Shown one piece after another: positions 49,674 through 61,321 of a DNA stretch of 64,000 nucleotides. Source of the stretch: an uncultured Gemmatimonadales bacterium. GTDB taxonomy: Bacteria > Gemmatimonadota > Gemmatimonadetes > Longimicrobiales > RSA9. A program made the translations under genes and the position numbers. The first letter of the stretch is position 1; each line of letters starts with the position of its first letter. A model generated the notes under the pieces. The model was given only the letters and a program-made list of their open reading frames with translations, had not been told where the DNA came from and did no database searches. The stretch covers positions 2,976,001 to 3,040,000 of the forward strand of contig OY970192.1 of assembly GCA_963708135.1 (NCBI GenBank), given 5' to 3'.

Positions 49674-49899
49674 CCGCCGACGCCACATCCGCGGACACCC
49701 CCGCCCCCCGCCCCCGCCCGACGCGGGGACGGGGGGCGACGTCCATCCCGTGATCGCGCGCCCGGCCCGCCCGCCACCCGGTCCCCGCCGTGGAACGCGG
49801 CGCCGCCCGTCCCCGCGTGTTCCGCCGGTCCCGCTCGTCGTGTTGCCCCGCGTCCCCGCGTCCGGGAGCCCGACTGCGGCGGCCTCCGGCGTCCACGCA

Positions 49900-50098
49900 G
49901 CGAGCGATTTCTCGTAACCTCCGCCCTCCCGGCGAGCGCAATCCAGGTTCATCTCGCCAGGCGAGCGAGATCTCGTACGCGACACGCCCCGCACCCGACT
50001 CCTGCGAGATTCGTCCCGCCAGGCGAGCGAAACCTCGATCGCGAGCGTCGGGCCGGCACACACTGCGAGATTTCTCTCGCCGCTTCTGCGAGAAACGA
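49900..50098. repeat. Degenerate palindromic repeat array, 61-62 bp period
   Basis: GCGAGCGA...CTCG at 49900, 49961 and 50023; CGCCAGGCGAGCGA at 49955 and 50017; CTGCGAGATT at about 50002 and 50063. Confidence 0.6.
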
Positions 50099-50214
50099 GC
50101 AACGCGACGCGGCCTGCAATCCGGCGCGTGTCTCACCCACCCGTGCCGATCTGGCATCTCCCGCCCCGCCCATCTATCCTGATCCGACCCTCTGCAACTG
50201 CACCCGGAGCCCGC

Positions 50215-51309
50215 ATGCCCGTGCCCCCGACGCCGGCCCCTCCCCCGCCCCACCAGGTCCGGCGCGCGGCCATCCTCCTCGCCCTTCCGCTCGCCCTGGC
50301 CTGCTCCGGCGGCGGAGCGGCGCGGCGCGCGGGCGGGACGGCGAGCGCCGATTCCGCGCGCAAGGACATCCGCATCATCGTCGTCACCCACGGGCAGTCC
50401 TCCGACCCGTTCTGGTCGGTGGTGGCCAACGGCGTCCGCGATGCCGCGCGCGACCTGGGCGTGCGCGCGGAGTACCAGGCGCCGCCGCGCTTCGACATGG
50501 TGGCCATGAGCCAGCTGATCGATGCGGCCGTTGCCTCGCGGCCGAGCGCGCTCGTGGTGTCGATCCCCGATCCGACCGCCCTCTCGCGCTCGATCCGCGC
50601 CGCGGTGGCCACCGGCATTCCGGTCGTTTCCATCAATTCCGGCGGAGACGTCTACCGGGGGCTCGGCGTCCTGCTGCACGTCGGGCAGAGCGAGCGGCAG
50701 GCGGGCGAGCTCGCGGGGGAGCGGCTCGCGGCGGCCGGGGCGAAGCACGTCCTGTGCGTGAACCACGAGGTCGGCAACGCGGCGCTCGACCGCCGCTGCG
50801 ACGGCCTGAAGCAGGCGCTCGCGGCGGCCGGCGGTACCACGCGCGTGCTGGCCGTTGACCTCGCCGACCCGGCCGACACGCAGCAGCGGATCGCCGGCGC
50901 CCTCGCCGCGGATCCCTCGATCGACGCCATCCTGACGCTCTCCGTCACGGCCGCCGAGCCGTCGCTCGCCGCGCTCCGGAGAGGCGGCGCCGGAACCGCC
51001 CCGGCTGGCTCCGGCGGCGCTGCCCCACAGGCGGGCGCCACTGATTCGGCCGGCGCCGCCGCGAGCGTGCGGCTGGCCACCTTCGACCTCTCGCCGCGCG
51101 TGCTCGAGGCCATCCGCGACGGCCGGATGCTCTTCGCCGTGGACCAGCAGCAGTACCTCCAGGGCTACCTGCCCGTGGTCCTGCTCACGAAATACCTGGA
51201 GACCGGGGCGCTCCCCGGCGCGGGCGGCATCATCCCGACCGGCCCCGGCTTCGTCACCAGGGCCGACGCCGCGCGCGTCATCGACCTGTCCCGGCGCGGG
51301 CTGCGCTAG
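50215..51309 (+). CDS. Sugar (inositol-like) ABC transporter substrate-binding lipoprotein
   Basis: LALAC lipobox; [27 protein letters not shown]. Confidence 0.85.
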   Translation: MPVPPTPAPPPPHQVRRAAILLALPLALACSGGGAARRAGGTASADSARKDIRIIVVTHGQSSDPFWSVVANGVRDAARDLGVRAEYQAPPRFDMVAMSQLIDAAVASRPSALVVSIPDPTALSRSIRAAVATGIPVVSINSGGDVYRGLGVLLHVGQSERQAGELAGERLAAAGAKHVLCVNHEVGNAALDRRCDGLKQALAAAGGTTRVLAVDLADPADTQQRIAGALAADPSIDAILTLSVTAAEPSLAALRRGGAGTAPAGSGGAAPQAGATDSAGAAASVRLATFDLSPRVLEAIRDGRMLFAVDQQQYLQGYLPVVLLTKYLETGALPGAGGIIPTGPGFVTRADAARVIDLSRRGLR

Positions 51310-51315
51310 GCGACG

Positions 51316-52325
51316 ATGCCCGAGGCCGACCCCCGGCGCGCGCCGCCGCACCGTCGCCTGCTCCGCCATCCCGAGATCGGCGCCGCCGCCGGCGCGCTCC
51401 TCGTCTGGCTCCTGTTCGCCGTGGCGGCCGGCGCGCCGTTCCGCACGCTGCCCGGCACCGCCGCCGTGCTCGACGCCGCCGCGCCGCTCGGCATCCTCTC
51501 CGCCGCCGTGGCGCTGCTCATGGTCGGCGGCGAGTTCGACCTCTCCGTCGGCTCGACGATCGGCGCCGCCGGGATGGCGGTGATGCTGCTCACCACCCGC
51601 TTCGGCTGGGGCGTCTGGCCGGCCATGGCCGCGGCACTCGCGCTCGCCGCGCTGATCGGGCTCGCCAACGGCCTCCTCGTCGTCCGCACCGGACTGCCCT
51701 CCTTCCTCGTCACGCTCGGCACCCTCTTCATCGTGCGCGGGCTGACCATCGCCGGGACGCGGCTGCTCACGGGCCGGACCCAGCTCGGCGGGCTCGAGAG
51801 CGCGCGCGGCTTCGCCTCCGCCCGCCTGCTCCTCGGCAGCGAGCCCGCGCCCGGCTTCGACGTCGCGCTGCTCTGGTGGATCGCCGCCACCCTCGCCGGC
51901 GCCTGGGCGCTCCGCCGCACCCGCTTCGGCAACTGGGTGCTCGCCGCCGGCGGCGCCGAAAAGGCGGCGCGCGCCATGGGCGTTCCGGTGCGCCGCGTCA
52001 AGGTGGCCCTCTTCGTGGCGACGGCGCTCGCAGCCGCCCTCGTCGCCTTCCTCCAGGCCGTCCGCTACGGCGGCGCCGACGCGCTGCGCGGCGAGACGCA
52101 GGAGTTCCGCGCCATCGTCGCCGTGGTCATCGGTGGCACGCTGCTCACCGGCGGCTACGGCTCCGTCCTCGGTGCCGCCCTCGGCGCGCTGATCTACGGC
52201 ATGGTGCAGCAGGGGATCGTGATCACCGGCGTGGACGCCGACTGGTTCCAGGTCTTCCTCGGCGGCGTGCTGGTCGCCGCCGTCCTCTTCAACCGCTGGA
52301 TCCGCTCCCGCGCGCTGGAGGCCGC

Positions 52326-52329
<4 letters not shown>
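51316..52329 (+). CDS. Sugar ABC transporter permease (RbsC-like)
   Basis: [31 protein letters not shown]. Confidence 0.88.
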
Positions 52330-53132
<803 letters not shown>

Positions 53133-53325
53133 GCGGCTCCGGCCAACCGGCGTCCCACTCGGAGCACCACCCCGATTTTCTGTATACGCGCCCGGATACG
53201 CCCTTGCATCTCGACGCGCCCCGCGCAATCTTGCGCTCCGTACCGCGGCGCCCGCTGGCTCCCCCTCGCCGATCGGTTCCTCGCGCCACGACACGCACAC
53301 ATCCCTACCCGGCCGACGAGAGGTC

Positions 53326-55878
53326 ATGACTGAATCGGCGACGAGCCGGAGCGCGCGCCTGCGCGAGCTCCTCATCTCCCTCGCGGTCCTCGCGGTCCCG
53401 ATGGCCGCGGCGGCGCTGCTCCCGCGTGCGCTGGCGGACTACGAGGCGCTGCTCTGGCTGCTCGCGCTGGTCCCGGGGTTCCTGCTGGCCTATGAGCGCG
53501 GCCTGCGCGGCGTGGCGACGGCGCTGGCGTTCGGGATGGCGGTGCTCTCCCTGACCTATCTGGTGCTTCACCTGACGGGGCATCCGCCACCGCGGACGCT
53601 CTGGGCGGTGGTGCTCGTCTACGTGGCGGCGACGCTCGGGGCGGGGGCGCTCGTGGAGCGCGTGCGCGCGGAGCGGCAGAAGCGCGACCCGGCGGCGCAC
53701 CTGGATCCGCAGACGGGGCTGCCGGACCGGCGCTACGCGGAGCTGCACCTCGAGCGGGAGATCGCGGCGGCGGCGCGTGGGCGGCCGCTGTCGGTGGTGC
53801 TGCTCCGGGTGGAGGTTGCGGCGGAGGGGAGGTCCGCGGAGCGGCTGGCGGCGGCGCTGCGTTCGGCGGCGCGTCGCCTGGGCTCGATTACGCGGCGCAT
53901 GAACGTGACGGCGCGCTACGATGAGCGGACGTTCCTCTGCCTGCTGGGGGGCTGCGACGAGGAGGGCGCGCTCGGCTTCTCGCGGCGGGCGCGCACGGTG
54001 CTGCGGGAGGAGGGGCCGGCGGATCCGCCGCTGCCGGTGAGCGTGGGAGTGGCCTGCTACCGGCCGAGCCAACGGGGCGTGGCGGATCTCCTGGACGCGG
54101 CGGAGCGGGCGCTGGAGGAGGGCGTGCGGGAGGGCGGCGACCGGCTGCGCGTGGCCGCGCGAGCGGTCGAGCCGCCGGCGCCGCCGGAAGCGGGGCCGAC
54201 GGTGTGGGAGGGCGGCGCGCCGCGGTTCGCGCCGCGCCGCGTGGACCCGCCGCCGGTCGGGCTGCTTGGCAGGGGCCGGCGGGCGCTGGTCTTCGTGCGC
54301 GACGCGGCGGCGCGGGAGCGGCTCGCGCGCGAGCTGCGGATGGAAAGCTTCCAGACGGCGGCCACGGGCGATCTGGCCGACGGCATCGGGGAGGTGGACG
54401 TGGACGTGCTGTTCGCGGACCTGGGTGCCGCGGCCGCGGCGGCCTACGTGGCCGATGTTCGGGAGCACAGTCCGATCACGCGCATCGTCGGCGTGGCGCC
54501 GGCGAAGGTTCGCGACCCGCGCGAGCTGTTCACGACGCGGCTGGACGCGTACTACGTGGCGGAGTCGTCGTACCTGACGTTCCGGCCGCAGCTGGCAGAG
54601 CTGCTCGCGGAGCGCGACTGGATCCGCGCGGCGGACAGCCGGGTGCAGCAGCTCCTGGCGGAGGTCCGGGCCACGGCGCGCGAGTCGCGCGAGGCAACGC
54701 GCCACTCGGAAGAGATGCTCCAGCGCTCGCAGAAGATGGACGCGGTCGGGCGGCTGGCGGGGGGGATCGCGCACGACTTCAACAACCTGCTCACCACCGT
54801 GCGGGGCCACGTCGAGCTGCTGATGGAGGACCTGCCCGAGGCCGATCCGATGCGCTCCGACCTCGTCGAGATCCGCGAGGCGACGACACGCGCAACCGGG
54901 CTCACCCGCCAGCTCCTCACCTTCACCAGCAGGCGCGTCGGGCAGCCCCGGATGGTCGACCTCGGCGCGGCGGTGCAGGAGATGGAGCGGATGCTCCGGC
55001 GCGTGATCGGCGAGAACATCGAGCTGGAGACGATCCTCGGGGAGGGCGACCTCCACGTGAAGGCCGACGGCGCCCAGCTCGACCAGATCATTCTCAACCT
55101 CGCCGTAAACGCCCGCGATGCCATGCCCGACGGCGGCCGCCTCCACATCGCCGTGGACGGCCTCTCGCTCCGCGACCCGGCCGCGCACGGCGTCGAGCTC
55201 CCCGCCGGCGAGTACGTCCGGCTGCGCGTCCGCGATACCGGCCCGGGCATGGACGCCGCCCTGCGCGCCCGCATCTTCGAGCCGTTCTTCACCACCAAGG
55301 GACCGAACCGCGGGACCGGCCTCGGCCTCTCCACCGTTCAGGGCATCGTCCGGCAGGGCGGCGGCGAGATCACCGTCGAGAGCGAGCCCGGCGCCGGCAC
55401 CACCTTCATCATCCTGCTTCCCCGCGCCCGCGAGCCGCTCGCCCTGCCGCGCTCCCGCAACGGCACCGGGGCCGCCGCCCCGCCCGCCTCCGGCACGCCG
55501 GCGATCCTGCTCGTCGAGGACGAGGACGCCGTCCGCCGGCTCGTCGGCCGCATCCTCGGCGAGGCGGGCCGGCACGTGATCGTCGCGCCCACGCCCGCGC
55601 TCGGGCTCGAGATCCTCGCCCGCGACGACGCCCGCGACGGCGCCATCGCCCTGCTCATCTCCGATCTCGTGATGCCCGGGATGGACGGCGTGGAGCTCGC
55701 CCGCCGCGCCCGCGCCATGCGGCCCACCCTGCCGATCCTCTTCGTGTCCGGATACGGCGAGGAGGCCGTGGCGCGCCACGATCTGCCCGCGGACGCCGCC
55801 ATCCTCGAGAAGCCCTTCACGCCCCGCGAGCTCGAGGCCCGCGTGCGGGCCCTGCTCGCCGGCTCCGAAACGGCCTGA
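53326..55878 (+). CDS. Membrane hybrid histidine kinase with degenerate GGDEF-like domain and C-terminal receiver
   Basis: About 4 TMs; DPQTGLPDRR...ARYDERTF (degenerate GGDEF); AHDFNNLL; NLAVNARDAM; FFTTK..GTGLGL; LISDLVMPG..KPF. Confidence 0.85.
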   Translation: MTESATSRSARLRELLISLAVLAVPMAAAALLPRALADYEALLWLLALVPGFLLAYERGLRGVATALAFGMAVLSLTYLVLHLTGHPPPRTLWAVVLVYVAATLGAGALVERVRAERQKRDPAAHLDPQTGLPDRRYAELHLEREIAAAARGRPLSVVLLRVEVAAEGRSAERLAAALRSAARRLGSITRRMNVTARYDERTFLCLLGGCDEEGALGFSRRARTVLREEGPADPPLPVSVGVACYRPSQRGVADLLDAAERALEEGVREGGDRLRVAARAVEPPAPPEAGPTVWEGGAPRFAPRRVDPPPVGLLGRGRRALVFVRDAAARERLARELRMESFQTAATGDLADGIGEVDVDVLFADLGAAAAAAYVADVREHSPITRIVGVAPAKVRDPRELFTTRLDAYYVAESSYLTFRPQLAELLAERDWIRAADSRVQQLLAEVRATARESREATRHSEEMLQRSQKMDAVGRLAGGIAHDFNNLLTTVRGHVELLMEDLPEADPMRSDLVEIREATTRATGLTRQLLTFTSRRVGQPRMVDLGAAVQEMERMLRRVIGENIELETILGEGDLHVKADGAQLDQIILNLAVNARDAMPDGGRLHIAVDGLSLRDPAAHGVELPAGEYVRLRVRDTGPGMDAALRARIFEPFFTTKGPNRGTGLGLSTVQGIVRQGGGEITVESEPGAGTTFIILLPRAREPLALPRSRNGTGAAAPPASGTPAILLVEDEDAVRRLVGRILGEAGRHVIVAPTPALGLEILARDDARDGAIALLISDLVMPGMDGVELARRARAMRPTLPILFVSGYGEEAVARHDLPADAAILEKPFTPRELEARVRALLAGSETA

Positions 55879-55893
55879 GGCTCCGGCCGGACC

Positions 55894-56349
55894 CTACTCC
55901 CGCGGGCCTCGGAGCTCCACCGAGCGGCGTCGGATGCGGCGGCTGAGCGCCTCCACGTGGCGCCGGTCGCGACGCCGCTCCCGCCGCTTCTCCGGCGACT
56001 CCAACTCGAGCCGGTCCTCCACCTTCACGACCCCCTTCACCCGCGTCGCCATCGCCAGCGCCAGGCGCCGCTCCTTCTCGTTGCGGACCATCCCCGACAC
56101 GACCACCACGCCCTCGTCCACCTCCTCCACGTCCAGCGGCCGGCGCCCCAGAACCGGATCGCCCCAGAGCGCATCCAGCACGCGGTCCTCGATGCGGGTG
56201 CGTCGCCGGCCCTGCCAGGCTTCCTTCACCAGATGGCGACCCCGCCGCGAGATCAGCAGCCCGCTCACCACCGCGCCCAGCCCGATCGCGCCCGCCACCC
56301 CGATCTTCACCGCCAGGCTGCTCGTCCCCAGATCGCTCTCTCTCGCCAT
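55894..56349 (-). CDS. BON domain-containing membrane protein
   Basis: N-terminal TM; IEDRV...GVVVVSGMV...VKGVVKVEDRL. Confidence 0.8.
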   Translation of the reverse strand: MARESDLGTSSLAVKIGVAGAIGLGAVVSGLLISRRGRHLVKEAWQGRRRTRIEDRVLDALWGDPVLGRRPLDVEEVDEGVVVVSGMVRNEKERRLALAMATRVKGVVKVEDRLELESPEKRRERRRDRRHVEALSRRIRRRSVELRGPRE

Positions 56350-56580
56350 CGGTTCCTTCGCCTCCTCGCTCGACTTCCCCGCCCGCCGCCCACCATTCCC
56401 GGTGCCGTGCTACTTGTGCGGCTTCCGCGCCTGGCGCGCAAGCTCGCCGCCGCCGGATGAGCGGCCCCGCCCCGGGTAGCGGCGCGCTACCAGTCGATGC
56501 CGCGCTGCCCGCGCTGGCCCGTGCCTTCGCCCATATCGGCCCCGGTATGGGCGGCGCGGCCGCTACCTCGATGGCGAGCC

Positions 56581-57413
56581 TCACCCGTCCGAGCGCCGGA
56601 GCACGAAAGCGTCGGCCGCCGTCAGCTCCTCCGCCCGCGCCGCCAGTGCCTCGAGGTCGTCCTCCGCGCCAATGAGCCTCCCGGACAGCCCGTCCGCACG
56701 GCCCGACGCGAGAAAGAGAAGCCCGTCCACGGCGCGCGGGAGAGGGGCGTCGGCGCCGCGCGCCAGCCGGTCGTGGAAGCGCGCGCGGACCTCGGGGTCG
56801 ACATCGTCGCCTTCCGCCAGGTGCTCGGTCATCGCCGTGCGATGGAAGCCCGGGTTGTAGGCGAACGCGACGACGCCCGTGTCCTCCAGCTCGCCCGCCA
56901 GGTCCTCGCTCCAGTGCGTGAGCGCGGCCTTGGACGTGGCGTACGCCGACCAGCCGGGACCCGCCTTCATGGCCGCGCCGCTCGAGACGTTGACGATCCG
57001 CCCGTGGCCCGCCTCCACCATCCCGGGCAGCACCGCACAGGCGCACAGGTAGCAGCCCAGCAGGTTCACCTCCTGCGTGTGCCACCAGAGCGCCGGGTCC
57101 ACCTCCCACGAGCGGCCAGTCGGCCCGACCGTCCCGGCGTTGTTGACCAGCAGCCCGATCGGCCCGTACGCCGCTTCCACCCCGACGACGAGCCGCTCCA
57201 CCGCCCCCTCGTCCGTCACGTCCGCCGGCACCGCCAGCGCCCGCCCGCCTCCTGGATCGCCCGCTCCGCCGCCTCGAGCTCCGCCTCGTCGCGCGCGGCG
57301 AGGGCGACCAGCGCCCCCGCCGCGGCCAGCGCCTCCGCGTACGCGCGCCCCAGCCCCCGCCCGCCCCCCGTCACCAGCGCGACCTGCCCGCCGAGATCCA
57401 CCCGCTCCGTCAT
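56581..57413 (-). pseudogene. SDR oxidoreductase with frameshift near 57245
   Basis: TGGGRGLG N-terminus in ORF 57216..57413; DVTD, NNAG and YATSK in ORF 56581..57615, a different frame. Confidence 0.75.
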
Positions 57414-57586
57414 GCTCCGCCCCCCTGTGGAGGATGCTCACCGCGTTTCCGCCGTCCGCGGCAGTGTGGGCCGTCCCGTCGCCCGGCGCAAACCTCGGAG
57501 TGGCATCAAACGTTTGCCGTTCGCCCGCCGATCCCCCACATTGCCCAGGCACACCCCTTTGCCACCACACGCACCGCGAACCGGCC

Positions 57587-60500
57587 ATGCGCGCACTCCA
57601 GCTCCGCGCGAGCATCCTGCTCGCCGCCTCCGCCTCCGCACTCCCGGCCGCCGGCGCTCTCTCCGCGCAGGGGACGGGCGGCGGGAACGTCGCCTACAGC
57701 CCCGCGCTGTATCGGCAGCTGACCTGGCGGAATGTGGGGCCCGCGCGCGGCGGGCGGGTCACCGCCGTGGCCGGCATCCCGAGCGAGCCGGCGACCTTCT
57801 ACATGGGTTCCACCGGCGGCGGCGTATGGAAGACGGAGGACTACGGCCAGACCTGGCGTAACGTCACGGACGGGCAGATCGAGGTCGGCTCGATCGGGGC
57901 CATCGACGTCTCCCGCTCGAACCCGGACATCGTCTACGTCGGCACCGGCTCCGAGGCGATCCGCAGCAACGTCTCCACCGGTCGCGGCGTCTACAAGTCC
58001 ATGGATGCGGGGAAAACCTGGAAATTCGTCGGTCTGCGCGATGCCGGGCAGATCGGCGCAGTGCGCATCGACCCGAAGAACCCGGACCGCGTATTCCTGG
58101 CCGTGCTCGGCCATGCCTTCGCCGGTAGCGACATCCGCGGCGTCTACCGCACCACGGACGGCGGCGCCAACTGGCAGCGCGTGCTCTTCCTCTCCGACAG
58201 CACGGGCGCAGTGGACCTGGCCCTGGACCCGTCCAACCCCGACGTGCTCTACGCCGCCATGTGGCGCGCGCAGCGGAAGCCGTGGACGATTATCAGCGGC
58301 TCTTCCACGGAGGACGGCATCTACAAGAGCACCGATGGGGGCGACCACTGGACGCACCTGACGAAGGGGCTGCCCACCGGCCTCGTCGGCAAGATCGCCC
58401 TGTCGATCCCGGACGTCATGCCGAATCGCGTCTACGCGCTGGTCGAGGCCGTGGACACCGCGCGCGGCGTCTACCGCTCCGACGACGCCGGCGCCAGCTG
58501 GCGGCACCTGAACCACGACTTCGAGCTGCTCCACCGCCCCTGGTACTACGACCGCATCACCGCGGACCCGAAGAACGCCGACGTGCTCTACGTCAACAAC
58601 GAGCCCTTCTTCGAGTCCACCGACGGCGGGCGCACCTTCCACCGCCTGCGCACACCGCACGGGGACAATCACGCGCTCTGGATCAATCCGGCCGATCCGC
58701 GGATCATGATCCAGTCGAACGACGGCGGCGCGAATGTCACCCTGAACGGCGGCCGCACCTGGTCCACGCAGTACAACCAGCCCACGGCCGAGCTCTACCA
58801 GGTCCACCTGGACGACCGCTTCCCGTACCGCCTGTATGCGGCGCAGCAGGACAACACCACGGTCATGGTCCCCAGCCTGCCGCCCATGGACTACCGCGTC
58901 GATGACCCCGTCCAGCTCTGGGAGGCCGTGGGCGGCTGCGAGACCGGGCCGGCCATCCCCAAGCCCGGCGACCCCGACATCGTCTACGACAACTGCAAGG
59001 GCCGCTTCAGCGTCTACGACCGCCGCACCGGCCAGGAGCGCGAGTACGATGTAGGCGACGTCTCCATGTACGGCACCCCGCCCGAGAATCTGCCGTACCG
59101 CTTCCAGCGCGTCTCGCCGATCGAGGTCAGCCCCTTTGACCCGAACACCGTCTACTACGGCTCGCAGTACCTGCATCGCACGACCGACGAGGGTCGCCAC
59201 TGGGAGACCATCTCGCCCGACCTCACCGCCCACCCGCCCGGCACCCAGGGCGTCTCCGGCGGCCCGATCACCCGCGACATCACGGGCGAAGAGGTCTACA
59301 GCACCATCTACGCGATCGAGGCGAGCCCGCTCGAGAAGGGCGTCATCTGGACCGGCTCCAACGACGGCCTCGTCTACGTCACCCGCGATGACGGGAAGAC
59401 CTGGACGAACGTCACGCCGAAGGACATGCCGCCCGGCGGCCGCGTGCAGAACATCGGCGTCTCGCCGCACCGGCCGGGCAGCGCGTACATCGCCTACTAC
59501 CGCTTCCTGCTCGACGACTTCCGGCCCTTCATCTACCGAACCAACGACTACGGGAGCACCTGGACGCTGCTCACGAACGGCAGGAACGGCATCCCGGAGG
59601 ACCAGCCCACCCGGGTCGTCCGCGAGGACCCCGTCCGCCCCGGCCTCCTCTACGCCGGCACCGAGATGGGGATCTACGCCTCCTTCGACGATGGCGCCCG
59701 CTGGCAGCCGCTCCAGCTCGGCCTGCCGGCCACGCCCGTCACGGACCTCCGAGTGAAGGACGGCGACCTCGTCATCTCCACCATGGGCCGCTCGTTCTGG
59801 ATGCTCCACGACATCGCGCCGCTGCGCGAGCTCACGCCGGAGGTAGCGGACGCCGCCGCGCATCTGTTCGCGCCCGCGCTCGCATACCGGATGCGGTATG
59901 CCCAGCTCGGCAACGGCCCCGCCGACCCGCGGTACCCGCCACCCGGCGCCGCCATCGACTACAGCCTCGGCGGCAGCGCCGCGAACGGTCCCGTGCGCAT
60001 CGACATCCTGGACGACAGCGGGCAGGTGGTCCGCAGCTTCTCGAGCGAGCAGGGTGCCGCCGCGGCGGGCGATGCGGGCGCGGCCGCCCCGTCGCGCGCC
60101 GCCAGCGCCGGCGGCGGCCAGGGGGCGCCCTCCTCGCGCGCGCGCGGCGGCCCGGCGCCTGGGGTTGCGGCACCCGACCCCGCCGCCGGCACCCCCCGCC
60201 TCGAGACCGGCCCCGGCGCGCACCGGGTCTTCTGGGACCTGCGCCTGCCCGTGCCGTGGAAGACCACGCCCGGCCGCTTCGGCCGCCGCGGTCCCATGGC
60301 GCTGCCGGGTAGCTATACGGTCCGGCTCACCGCCGCCGGCACCACGCAGGAGAAGCCGCTCACGGTGAAGCTCGACCCGCGTGTGGCCCGCTCCGGCGTG
60401 AGCCAGGCCGACCTCGTCGCCCAGTACGGCCTGGCCACGAGCGTGCGCGACCTGCTCGGCCGCGCCGAGGCCGACCTGGCGCGCGTGAAGGCCGAGCTGC

Positions 60501-60718
60501 GCACCGCCACCGGCGGCCGCCGCACCCGGCTCGAAGCCGCCCGCGCCCGCCTCGAGACCGCGCCGGGCAGCTACCCGCAGCCGATGCTCGTGGACCAGAT
60601 CGCCTACCTCTACGGCATCCTCGACCGCGCCGACTACCGCCCCGGCCAGGATGCGTACACGCGGTACCAGGAGCTGGCGAAGCAGCTGGGGGCGGTGGAG
60701 GCGGCGGTCGGCTCGTAA
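57587..60718 (+). CDS. VPS10/sortilin-like BNR-repeat glycosyl hydrolase-like protein, exported (paralog)
   Basis: WRNVGPARGGR, repeated Asp-boxes, AQQDNT, STMGRSFW; signal peptide. Confidence 0.88.
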   Translation: MRALQLRASILLAASASALPAAGALSAQGTGGGNVAYSPALYRQLTWRNVGPARGGRVTAVAGIPSEPATFYMGSTGGGVWKTEDYGQTWRNVTDGQIEVGSIGAIDVSRSNPDIVYVGTGSEAIRSNVSTGRGVYKSMDAGKTWKFVGLRDAGQIGAVRIDPKNPDRVFLAVLGHAFAGSDIRGVYRTTDGGANWQRVLFLSDSTGAVDLALDPSNPDVLYAAMWRAQRKPWTIISGSSTEDGIYKSTDGGDHWTHLTKGLPTGLVGKIALSIPDVMPNRVYALVEAVDTARGVYRSDDAGASWRHLNHDFELLHRPWYYDRITADPKNADVLYVNNEPFFESTDGGRTFHRLRTPHGDNHALWINPADPRIMIQSNDGGANVTLNGGRTWSTQYNQPTAELYQVHLDDRFPYRLYAAQQDNTTVMVPSLPPMDYRVDDPVQLWEAVGGCETGPAIPKPGDPDIVYDNCKGRFSVYDRRTGQEREYDVGDVSMYGTPPENLPYRFQRVSPIEVSPFDPNTVYYGSQYLHRTTDEGRHWETISPDLTAHPPGTQGVSGGPITRDITGEEVYSTIYAIEASPLEKGVIWTGSNDGLVYVTRDDGKTWTNVTPKDMPPGGRVQNIGVSPHRPGSAYIAYYRFLLDDFRPFIYRTNDYGSTWTLLTNGRNGIPEDQPTRVVREDPVRPGLLYAGTEMGIYASFDDGARWQPLQLGLPATPVTDLRVKDGDLVISTMGRSFWMLHDIAPLRELTPEVADAAAHLFAPALAYRMRYAQLGNGPADPRYPPPGAAIDYSLGGSAANGPVRIDILDDSGQVVRSFSSEQGAAAAGDAGAAAPSRAASAGGGQGAPSSRARGGPAPGVAAPDPAAGTPRLETGPGAHRVFWDLRLPVPWKTTPGRFGRRGPMALPGSYTVRLTAAGTTQEKPLTVKLDPRVARSGVSQADLVAQYGLATSVRDLLGRAEADLARVKAELRTATGGRRTRLEAARARLETAPGSYPQPMLVDQIAYLYGILDRADYRPGQDAYTRYQELAKQLGAVEAAVGS

Positions 60719-60798
60719 GCGCCACCCTCCGCTCGAGATACGCCGCGCCCGCCGCATCGGTGCGCCGGCAGCAATGAATCAGAACCGGAGAACGCAGA

Positions 60799-61236
60799 GT
60801 GAAGAAGCTCCGCGGGCCGCTGGCCGGCCCTCTCCCCACCGCCGTCCGTCGCGCGGGCGCTCCGCTCGCCGTCTTCCTGCTCGCGGCCGCGCTCGCCGGC
60901 TGCATCGACGGGGTCGCGCCCACGGCGCCGGACCCGCCCGCGACGCCCGCCGCTCCGCCGGAGACGGCCCAGCCCTCGCTCACCGTCAGCCCGCGCGCCG
61001 ACACGGTGATCGCGGGCGGGCGGGACACGCTGGCGGTCACGCTGCTCGGCCTCTCCTCGACGGCCGACGATGCCATCGACTGGGAGAGCCCGGACACGAG
61101 CATCGCCGCCGTGCAGCCGCTCGATTCCACCCACGCGGTGGTGCTCGCCCGGAAGCCCGGCATGACCCTGGTCATCGTGAGCCTCCGGAGCACGCCGGCC
61201 GTGCAGATGGCCATGCACGTGACCGTCAGACCGTGA
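60799..61236 (+). CDS. Small lipoprotein with Ig-like domain
   Basis: ALAGC lipobox; WESPDTSIAAV...ARKPG. Confidence 0.6.
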   Translation: MKKLRGPLAGPLPTAVRRAGAPLAVFLLAAALAGCIDGVAPTAPDPPATPAAPPETAQPSLTVSPRADTVIAGGRDTLAVTLLGLSSTADDAIDWESPDTSIAAVQPLDSTHAVVLARKPGMTLVIVSLRSTPAVQMAMHVTVRP

Positions 61237-61321
61237 GCCGCGCCGGCCACGGCGGCCGCGACGCCGCGCCGGTCGCCCGCGCCCGCGGGCGCCGTGACCA
61301 CTCCCACGCCGGAGACGCTCC

